DNA of 49,468 nt from Octopus sinensis (lineage: Eukaryota), in assembly GCF_006345805.1 (NCBI RefSeq), contig NW_021834333.1, positions 1 to 49,468 on the forward strand. Reading direction: 5' to 3'. Under the pieces are notes generated by a model. That model did no database searches. It was not told where the DNA came from and saw only the letters and a list, made by a program, of their open reading frames with translations. Shown piece by piece: positions 40,351-49,468 of the stretch (within the stretch, counting starts at the first letter, position 1; each line of letters opens with the position of its first letter). A program made the position numbers and the translations under genes.

Positions 40351-40863
40351 TTTTTTTTTTTTTCATTATTAATATTCTTATTTTTGGGTGGTCTTTTTGT
40401 TTTTATTGCCACTGTTGTTTGCTATTATGGCTGTGGTGTAATTTTGTGAACTATGGACTTTCAACAATGAAAACCCCCTCTATTTCCGCGCCCAGAATTA
40501 TGCCTTTTCTTCCATTGTTGCTGTTTCTTTTGTTAATGTTGTTATTACTACTACTTTTCAAATTCGTTCTCCTTCCCTCCCACATGCTACACCGGTTTTA
40601 CAATTCATCTCCCACCATTCCATTTAGTTTACTGACTGTAGACGACGACGATGACGACGCCTAGTTTATAAAAAAGTATAATTTGATAATAAACTTTGAA
40701 AACATTCCTCATAAATTTGAGCTTCGAACGGGCGACAAACGCCAACCAGCTCTACGTGTTCTGCTTGATTTAAACACGTTATATAACAAAATTTCAAAAA
40801 TTAAATTCTTAAACATAAATAGACAAACAAACGTACGAGCGACTCAAAGCGACGCGTTGCACA

Positions 40864-40865
40864 CA

Positions 40866-40960
<95 letters not shown>
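40864..40960. repeat. Compound (TAC)n(TAA)n microsatellite
   Basis: Direct inspection. Confidence 0.95.
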
Positions 40961-40961
<1 letters not shown>

Positions 40962-41158
40962 GACATCAACAAAATTTGAAATAATGCGTGGTCTTTTTAG
41001 CCCGCTTCTAAAAACATTTAGCCACTACTACGTTTCATTTGTGGTGTTATTCTCTTTTCACAGTGCAATTACTTGTGTTATTACTACAAAGTAGTATTTG
41101 AACAGCCATTTGGTCAAGATATTTATAATTTGATTTTTACATTCTCATTATACTACAG

Positions 41159-41320
41159 CTATGGTTACAACAACAACACTTTCTACTACAGAAAAAACTA
41201 CTGCAAAAACAACATCGACAATTGCTAAAGTTCTAAACACAACTAAAGCCACAACTATAACAAAGCATCCGATTACAAATTCAACGACAGCAACAACTAC
41301 CAGTATGTCATCCTTTGATG
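41159..41320 (+). CDS. Internal exon A (phase 1-1) of a WSC-domain gene: Thr/Ser-rich mucin-like stalk
   Basis: tactacag|CT ATG GTT ACA...TTT GAT G|gtaaat; 162 nt. Translates xMVTTTTLSTTEKTTAKTTSTIAKVLNTTKATTITKHPITNSTTATTTSMSSFD; two N-X-T sequons. Confidence 0.8.
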
Positions 41321-42197
41321 GTAAATAATTTTTTTGTTTTCTTCAATATTCCCCATCGTCTGATACTTTTAAAATTAATCTTACAAATCTGAAATAAGTA
41401 TTTACTTTATAAGTGTTCCTTTCACGAATTTTGCTATTATCATTCACAGCTCAATTCATTCATTCAGTAATCCCCCTCCGATTTGTAAGTTGTAATTTTA
41501 TGAGATACCAAAACCAAATACCATGGTTATTTCTTTAAGCGTGGCATACTTATGATTTGGTAATACATAGCAAGGAATTGTATGCCATTAGATTGTAGTT
41601 TTGCGTGGTTATATACTGTAGAGGGGCCTGGGGACACGCAATCATATACTCGTGGTCAGAAATATAATTTAAAATACCTGAAGAATATGAGAATATAATA
41701 TGTTTTTATATTGATATAAATCATTAATATTGATAAGAAGTGTAATGATTTAACTCTCTGTGAATTGAAATTTATTCGATATTATCTCTTTGTATGGTAT
41801 TTGCATCTCCGAGGAGTTACAGCAGCTTATTGAATTGAAACCAATTTGTGCTACTAGTACTACTAGCGAAGGATCAAAGGAAAACTGACCGTTAAGTTCT
41901 TAATTTGAAATTTGGTTTTATTATCAATTCTGTGTATGGAATGAATTGTGATTTTCATACCTTTCTCACGGGTATTAGCAGTGTGAAATAGGTATTGAAA
42001 TAGTACCAAGGTGTAAATCTATTGTTAGTTTCAAGTTCGTTCTTTGGTAACTTACCAGCAACTTCAGATATAATAAAGATTTCTTACAATGAAACAGATC
42101 GAATGAAGTTATATGACAAAAGTAGGAACTAAGCACTGACATCAATCACAATACACTGGAATAAATTAATGCTTTTTGATTTGTCTATTTTTACTAG

Positions 42198-42328
42198 GTG
42201 CAATTGGCTGTTTCAAAGATTCTGAAGATAGGGCGATGCCAAGTAAAGTCTGGGAAAATCAAGCAATGACAGCCAAAATCTGTCGAGTAGTATGCGGAAA
42301 ATGGGAATACAAATATGCTGGTTTGGAA
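42198..42328 (+). CDS. Exon B (phase 1-0): N-half of WSC domain 1
   Basis: tttttactag|GT GCA ATT GGC TGT...GGT TTG GAA|gtaagt. (G)AIGCFKDSEDRAMPSKVWENQAMTAKICRVVCGKWEYKYAGLE matches the WSC pattern GCFxD...MT...C...C...YKYAGLE. Confidence 0.9.
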
Positions 42329-42376
42329 GTAAGTAATTCATTCGAATTTATCTATAAGTTTACAGGTGCTATAGTG

Positions 42377-44566
42377 CAGGAGTGGGTAATTCACGTTCGC
42401 GGACCGCATACAGCCTGGGGAAGCATTCAGCAAAATAATTTTCCAAGTCTATAATTTTCGTAGACTGATCACAGTAAACTGCTAGTACCAAAGCTAACTT
42501 GAACAGAGACTTGCTTCCTTTGTTTCACAGAAAATTAGCCCCGTGTTTTAATAGGCGGATACCTACTACGCATGTGCCTGTTTATACACATGCGCACTCC
42601 TTTCATACGCAACAGTTTTCTCTTTGCAACAGTAAGATCTGTAACGTTCCGACCCGTGAAAACATGGAATCTTCCTAAAAAGCGCAAAATCGAAAAATAA
42701 TGCCGTGCGTTCAATGAAGACTGGACGCACTAATATTTGTTCAGTAACTCAGGGAATAAGGCAGTCTGTTTACTATCAATTTGAAACGACACCACCAAAC
42801 AAAACATGGCGCGTTTGGTAACGAAATGTCCGAGGAAGACCGCAGGAAAAAAGCTGCAGAGTGTGTTACGAAGCTGAAGAAGCAACAGACCATATTTACA
42901 AAGCAATCGACACTTCGAGATAGAGCTACAGAGGCAAGTTTCATGGCAGCATACAATCTCGCTAAAAGCAACAAGCTATTTTCTGATGGCGAGTTTATTA
43001 AGCAGTGCTTAGTAGATTGCGCAAGCGTCCCGTGCCCTGATGCAAGATGCAAATTCGAAACCATTTCATTATCAAGAAGGACTATGGTACGGCACATAGA
43101 CTTAAATAGTAATGAATTAACAGAACAACTAAAGTCAGCGAGTAAAAATTTTGTTTGGCTTTCGTTGGCACCGGATGAGAGCTCTAATAACCAAGACACT
43201 ACACAGTTACTTATCTTTGTCCGTGGACAGGACTTGTATGAACGTGTTGAGGATTGTGTGGAGAAAAGAGCCTTGTCATGGAAAAGAATGGCAAGCATTA
43301 AAACAGATGAGGCCAAAGCATTTACCAGAAAAAATGTAGGTATGATTAAACTTTCAGAGAACAAGTTAAAACAGAATACCCAGACAATGATATCTTGTCT
43401 TTTCATTGTATTTTGCATCAGGAAAGCCTCTGTAAAGCTGCACTGGACCTAAGTGATGTGGTGGATCCTGTAGTGAGCGTGGTGAGCACAATCAGAGCAA
43501 GGGCGCTCTACCGTCAACAATTTAAACCTCTGCTTGAGGATATGGATGATGTGATTTACCACAACAGTGTTCAGTTATTGAGCCTGGGAAAATGCTGAAA
43601 CAGGTTTGGGAATTACAGAATGAAATCCTCCTCTTTCTGGACATGAAGGGGCTTTCATGTGATTTTGTGACCAAAATGGGATGTGAGGATTGGAGATAGG
43701 AGATGATGTTTGCAGCTGATATGTTTGAGAAATTAAATGAATTGAATGTGACGTTGCAGGGAAAGAGGTTGTTTGTACATGAAATGTTTAGGCATGTGAA
43801 ATCATTCAAAACAAAACTAGGACTATTTGCAAGGCAAGCAGGTGAAGGCAAGTTTTGTCATTTCCCTTTATTAAGAAAACAGAAAGTGCCTGCAAGTGTT
43901 TCTTCCAAGATTAGGGATCATTTGCTGAGTTTGGAGGATGAGGTCACCAGAAGATTTCAGAACTTTAAAAAAATTGAGCCTGATTTCAATTTGCTACCTT
44001 ATCCTTTTTGCTGTTGACACTGATACAGCACCTGAGGAGGTGAAGCTTGAACTAATTGACGTGCAGTCAGATCACACGCTGAAAGAATTGTTTAATTCTG
44101 TGACATTGATAGAATTTCACAAATCTCTATCTACTGACAAATATGCATGTGTGAAAAGAGGTGTTGGGAAAATGTTTTCTATTTTTGGATTCACATATAT
44201 TTGTGAACAAAGTTTTGCTTGCTTGAAAATCAGCAAGAGTAAAAATGTGGCTGACATAAACTTGCAGGCAATGATGAGGATCTCAACAAGCCACCTCACT
44301 CCCAATTTCAAAAGAATTGTAAATGTCTCATTAAATTATTTGTGCTAGCTGGCGTGTAATTTGCACATAGATAGATTTAATGAAACCTTTTCTGTGTACC
44401 ACTGTTGTTTTCATTTTATTTATTACTATGACGTAATTTGCACTTCGCATTTAATGAAGTGTAATGGTAATTAATGAATACAATCAGTTATAGAAGGTGC
44501 AGCTCTCTGCAAACCACGGCCCTCTCAAAGTGCCCCCCACCAAGCCAAAACAATTGCCCACCCCTG
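42377..44566 (+). mobile_element. hAT DNA transposon, Buster/Charlie/SPIN (GTF2IRD2-like) group, decayed transposase, intronic
   Basis: TIRs CAGGAGTGGGTAATT / CAGGGGTGGGCAATT. 8-bp TSD CTATAGTG at 42369-42376 and 44567-44574 (nnnTAnnn). Transposase pieces from 42664 to ~44348: LKRHHQTKH, FSDGEFIKQC, LSRRT, SLAPDES..DTTQLLIFVRG, FHCILHQESLC, LNVTLQG, FGFTYICEQSF. Confidence 0.95.
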
Positions 44567-46229
44567 CTATAGTGGAATCTTTTTTATAGTGGTAGTAAAA
44601 TATTGTCATCAAAGCTTTATATTCTGCTGGGGCAACAAATAAGAATTTGGGGCAATCATGGATATTCTCAGTGTAAGTCAAGTAAGACATTATCTGCTGT
44701 AAATTAATGCCTTTTCTATGACACTCATTACATATTTCTTCACTACTCTTTTATATTCTTATTTCAAATACTCCCAAATTCAGCTGTAGTATCCTTCTCC
44801 CTATGTTCGAGCAATTAAATCTACTGGCTATACATCTCTTTTCTATGTATAGTTGTTCTTTTACAATTCGTTCAACATATATTTAGATGATTTCAGGCAT
44901 ATTTCATTCCAGATTTTACAACCAATATCTGCATCGTTCTCAGAATGACTTAGACTTGAATAGTATGTACAGCAAACTTGCATATTAGCGGCAATACCCT
45001 AGCATGATGCCAAACCATGGATTGAAACAAATAAAAGAATATAATACACTCAAGTAGCAATTTTCTTACATTTATATTCAATTATCTGGGACAAATGCCT
45101 ATTGTTAGGTCCCAATGAGGATGTAAGGGTGGTACGAATAGTTTCGACTAATTTCATCATATTTACTAGAAAGAAATATCTAGCTATCCATTTCATTTAA
45201 ACCGAAAAAATGGGATGAGCCCAGCAAAGCAATAGGTGAACACCTGGTTAGAACAAATCCTATATGTTGATAGATCATCAGAGGAATGCATTGAAGGTAG
45301 AAATGAAAATTAACGACAAAGAGTAAATTGATGGACAGGATGAGATTAACAAGTAAAAGTTATGTCCTGAAAATGAGATAAAATGGCATCACTCAGTAAT
45401 AAAAAAAAAGAACCGACTTTTTAGGGAGTATTTCCAGATACTAATGATCACAGGCTAATAATTCGTGCAAAGATCCAAGATTACTATGATAAAGGAGTTG
45501 TGAATGAAATGAGATCATGCTTGTTTATGCCACATAAGTAATACAATTGACATAACAAGAATCCAACTGATAGACTCGTTTTATCATTAGTTTACTTGTA
45601 ATAATCTTATGTCAATTATATAATAATGATTTATGCTGAAATGGGTACTTAGCTTAATCTTTGCAAGAGAAGAATGTAAAATACTAAAATCAGGGAGGTA
45701 CCATAATTTTCATGGTTTTCCGAACAACTGTTTGTTAAAATAGTGTCAAGCTTTCCTTCTGCACGTCATGAATTAACGCATTAATCGCACTCCATGCAAG
45801 GGACACAACTGTGCAATCAACAAGTGTGTCAATATATCATGAGAAATAACTCCTTTCAAGCAGCTCTTTGTTATTAATAATCGTTCGCCCGATTTTTACA
45901 GGCGCTTTAGATCTCCCAAGCTCACATGTAAATGATTAAGAGAAATTCTTTCATTTAGTTTATGGAAGATTATTAGAAATTGGATTTTTAAAAAACTTCA
46001 ACTTTCGGCATTTAATAAAATAAGTTATGTCTCAGTTTTCTTCTTTTGCTGGTTGTTACCGATTTTAAATTCCTTCACTAACTTGATGGCAATATTAAAT
46101 GCTTAAGACGAAATAATTTCTATCGAAAATCGACTCTGGCATAAAGGGACATGACTAAATACGTCATGACTATTGTTCAGCGCTCTACAAACTGCAAATT
46201 TTAATTAAAACATTCCCAAATTCTTTCAG

Positions 46230-46365
46230 GATTCAATTTATTGCTATTGTGCTAATAACTATAGCAAACACGGCGCCTTGGATAAGTCCAAATGTTACTC
46301 CAAATGTCCGGGTAAGCCTTCCGATATATGTGGAGGCCGTTACGCACTATCCGTGTATTCTTCAG
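46230..46365 (+). CDS. Exon C (phase 0-1): C-half of WSC domain 1
   Basis: ttctttcag|GAT TCA...TCT TCA G|gtaag. DSIYCYCANNYSKHGALDKSKCYSKCPGKPSDICGGRYALSVYSS completes the 8-Cys WSC pattern. Confidence 0.92.
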
Positions 46366-47324
46366 GTAAGAAATTTCGCACCTATTTGTTCTTTAATAAA
46401 ACCACTTAGCAATACACTACAAAAAACACAGTCTTATACTGTTAACACATACGAACACATTCCTATTTAGATGTCATCCATGCGAGCTCTGCAGTTACTG
46501 TAATACAGACTAAAACTCCAGGCAAACGCCTACTAAACATAGTCATGATTTTGAAGGCAACTTAAGAAATGATCGGCCAATGACTTGACACCAAACTCAC
46601 AACATGATGTTCCATTCTACGTTAAAGCTATTTCACTCCATTAGTAAGTAATGTTAGTAAAATAGCAGCATTAAGACACCCATTAATCACATGCTTAGTA
46701 TTCTTAATTTTTATGACGATCCGGTAGAAGGAAGATGAAACAGATGCAGAACATGAAATATCCGCAGAACATGAAACAACTGCCCTCAGATATTAAGAAA
46801 TTCCTTTTATTCTTAAACACACTTTACTAAACTATAACTTTATTAGAATTATTAAATGATATTGTCATCCTCAAGTACATTAATATTTTTTTCTTTTTAA
46901 ATTTTAGTTCCTTTTGTAAAGAAGCAAGGTAAGAAACTATTAAAATATATTTTGAATTTGTTGGATATTTGTGGTGTTTTTGATCAGTTGTTTAGCTATA
47001 GGTCATTTCTGATCAAGAACATTTATAATCAAAGCTGTTCCGGCCATGACTATCCGTCTTTTCTTTGGTTCCAGTCTAAATTGAACTACATTATTCTGCG
47101 TATCCTCTTTATTTTAAGATGGAAAGCTGCGATTTTAAAGCGATTTGGCTGCTATTGCCAGCAGATCGGGTGAAGGCATAAATAGACTCCTTCGTTGACA
47201 GTTCTTTGGTATAAATCATTGTTTGTGCTTCCTTCTCATATGTTCTTTCGTCTTATTGTTCACAGATATGCCGTGATTTTTATCAGCTCGCATATATTTA
47301 ACAGTCAATATCTCATCACTGTAA

Positions 47325-47670
47325 GGCGGCGAGCTGGCAGAAACGTTAGCACGCCGGACGAAATGCGTAGCCGTATTTCGTCTGCCGTTACGTTCTGAGT
47401 TCAGATTCCGCCGAGGTTGACTTTGCCTTTCATCGTTTCGGGGTCGATAAATTAAGTACCAGTTACGCCTTGGGGTCGATGTAATCAAGTTAATCCGTTT
47501 GTCTGTCCTTATTTGTCCCCTCTGTGTTTAGCTCCTTGTGGGTAGTAAAGAAATAGGTATTTCGTCTGTCTTTACGTTCTGTGTTCAAATTCCGCCGAGG
47601 TCGACTTTGCCTTTCATCCTGGCCCCCTCTCCAAAAATTTCGGGGCTTATACCTAGAGTAGATAAAAATA
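47325..47670 (+). mobile_element. SINE with partial tandem second copy
   Basis: GGCGGCGAGCTGGCAGAAACGTTAGC...GAGTTCAGATTCCGCCGAGGTTGACTTTGCCTTTCATC.TTTCGGGGTCGATAAATTAAGTACCAG. The block GTATTTCGTCTG...GCCTTTCATC repeats at ~47557-47620. Confidence 0.85.
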
Positions 47671-47709
47671 TTTCGTCACTCAAATGAATTAATTATTTTG
47701 TATGAGCAG

Positions 47710-47834
47710 ACTACATCGGCTGTTTTCATGATAAAGCCATATCGAGAGTAATGACAAGCAGAATCTGGATGAGTGAAAATCTTACTATACAGAATTGTCA
47801 AAATAAATGTGGCAGATGGAATTACAAATATGCT
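47710..47834 (+). CDS. Exon D (phase 1 start): N-half of WSC domain 2; 3' boundary uncertain
   Basis: gagcag|AC TAC ATC GGC TGT. (D)YIGCFHDKAISRVMTSRIWMSENLTIQNCQNKCGRWNYKYA is paralogous to exon B. Only a weak GCT|GTGTAT donor is present at the expected position. Confidence 0.8.
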
Positions 47835-47934
47835 GTGTATCACTTATTGACAATAATGTGTTTTATAGTATATCTCTTCATCTCCGTCTACGAGCCATTA
47901 TATGTGTTTTTTTTATCGCGTGTCAGTGTAGGGC

Positions 47935-48150
47935 AGACAAATTTTGATTAGAGGAAACAAACTTAGAAAAGTGAACATCAGACGTGGAATATTTCAAAGT
48001 GATTGCTTAACTCAATTGCTGTTTGTATTGGCCATGATACCGCTCAGTTTGATATTGCGAAAAGTTAAAATAGCTTCCGGTCTGGGGAAAAGATGTGATC
48101 AGATAAATCATCTCCTTGTTTTGGATGATTTATAAAGATTTATACGAAAA
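47935..48150 (+). mobile_element. Dong/R4-clade LINE RT fragment
   Basis: VNIRRGIFQSDCLTQLLFVLAMIPLSLILR...INHLLVLDDL, matching the GIFQGDSLSPL / INHLLFMDDL motifs. Confidence 0.75.
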
Positions 48151-48152
48151 AT

Positions 48153-48206
48153 GATATCATCATCATCATCACCATCATCACCATCATTATCATTATTATT
48201 ATTATT

Positions 48207-48239
<33 letters not shown>

Positions 48240-48264
48240 TTCATCATCATCATCATCATCACCA

Positions 48265-48331
<67 letters not shown>
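48153..48331. repeat. Compound (ATC)n(ATT)n microsatellite
   Basis: Direct inspection. Confidence 0.95.
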
Positions 48332-48335
<4 letters not shown>

Positions 48336-48890
48336 TAGTTTTATTTTTATAGCGTGCTTTCAATATTCTTTATTTCTTCATAGTTGTCAGGTACTATGAC
48401 TCTTTTTTTTTGTATTTTTAAGCTTCCTTAACGACCGAAAACAGTTTTCTATTTTGTTCGTGTTTTGTGGCTGTTTGTATTAGTTTTCCTTGCTTCTAAT
48501 GTAGGTATTTTGTAATCGTAAGGTGGTTATTTTGTAATAGTTTTCTAGCCTCTACTACCTTCCATACATTGTATATATAACCTTTCTATGTAAGATTTTG
48601 GGTGGTGCATCCTAGATACTGTCATTATTTTTCCTGTTTTCCTGTCTATTTTGGTTAGTTTATTTAATGTCAAGCTAAAGATATTGTTGCTGTAACTTAT
48701 AACTGGGACGGCTAAAGTGTTAATACCTATTATCTTGTTTTTAGCATTGAGCTCTGTTTTCAGTATTGATCTAACTCGTCTATAGTATTCTTTTTTCTTT
48801 TTTTCTTTCGTTTGTATGCGTTATATCGCATCTAGTTCATTGATTCCTATGTCTGGCTTTGGTCTAATTCTCTTATTCTCACATCCAGTT
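48332..48890 (-). mobile_element. Internally deleted Dong/R4-clade LINE piece joined to its 3' tail
   Basis: Minus strand KEYYRRVRSILKTELNAKNKIIGINTLAVPVISYS...MHHPKSYIERLY..EGSRG. Tail AAAACTACTGAAT(AAT)n is shared with 49270. Confidence 0.75.
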
Positions 48891-49255
48891 CTGTTTGAAA
48901 AGGCTAAAGACAGACACTTTCCTCTTCGGCCAAGCCCTCATCAACTTTTTCAAGTTTCGCTTGAAAAAAAGTTAAGGGTGGAGAGGGAAGTGTTGCCTTG
49001 TAACAAGTTTGTTGAAAGGTAAATAAATGACCCGTGTGAAAGGACCAATTCTGAGCGTGCACCTTTAAAAAGGGAAAGAAAGAAGGGCTCTTACCCTGTT
49101 GATCAGCCACCCTATTGGGAGTTTTTATTAGTTTAATTTTTAATTGCTATTTATATTGTTTACACGTGGAAAACCCAGTGTATCGTCCTGTTTTTATCTT
49201 TTATAATGTTGTATGCTATTTAATGTTTTGTATGTGAGCCCTTGTGGCTAATAGA
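48890..49255 (+). mobile_element. 3' end of a Tx1/L1-clade LINE
   Basis: CTCATCAACTTTTTCAAG...GGAGAGGGAAGTGTTGCC is homologous to 10750-10900 of the first Tx1 copy. Confidence 0.6.
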
Positions 49256-49267
49256 AGAATTTATTGT

Positions 49268-49468
49268 TATTATCATTCAGTAGTTTTATTTTCATCGTGC
49301 TTTCACTTCACTACCGAGCGCAGTTCTGTGTACCTTGGGTATGTGCTGTGATTTGTTGTGATGCTCTGATGGTTACTGTATTGAAAGTGTTCTGCGTAGG
49401 ATGTGGGCAGTGCCCAGTAGTGCAATTTTCTGTATGTTATATGTGTTTGTAAGTCCTGGTATTTTCGT
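49268..49468 (-). mobile_element. 3' end of a Dong/R4-clade LINE (runs off window)
   Basis: Minus strand KIPGLTNTYNIQKIALLGTAHILRRTLSIQ* plus 3' UTR ending AAAACTACTGAATGATAATAAC. Confidence 0.8.

Noticed and set aside
42741-43418. 225-aa minus-strand ORF
   Set aside because: Antisense shadow of the hAT transposase.
41330-46220. Additional WSC-gene exons in the introns (e.g. near 44620-44690)
   Set aside because: Candidate Cys-containing stretches have in-frame stops or lack compatible splice sites; exons A-B and B-C already join in phase.

Overview
AT-rich, repeat-saturated animal genomic DNA. The SINE/LINE complement and (TA)n/(TATG)n load suggest a cephalopod such as Octopus; this is an inference. 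No prokaryotic features. Most listed ORFs are artefacts of simple repeats. Contents: (1) a 5.8-kb degenerate (TATG)n purine-pyrimidine satellite that switches strand near 4.37 kb; (2) many decayed mobile elements: Tx1/L1-clade, RTE, CR1, Dong/R4, mariner, a Buster-type hAT with intact TIRs and 8-bp TSD, a Helentron/DINE-1-like element, SINEs, and at least four Penelope-like elements (PLEs); (3) four phase-compatible exons of a host gene missed by the ORF track, encoding a Thr-rich mucin-like stalk and tandem WSC domains (41159-47834, + strand). Most notable is a set of minimal type-I hammerhead-ribozyme (HHR)-like motifs found by eye. They lie in PLE 3' ends and in short non-coding fold-back or tandem elements embedded in (TA)n, including a ~357-bp retrozyme-like monomer. 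Several show compensatory changes at the C3-G8 core pair (U3-A8, G3-C8). Coordinates of decayed elements are approximate and were set by eye; ribozyme activity is untested.
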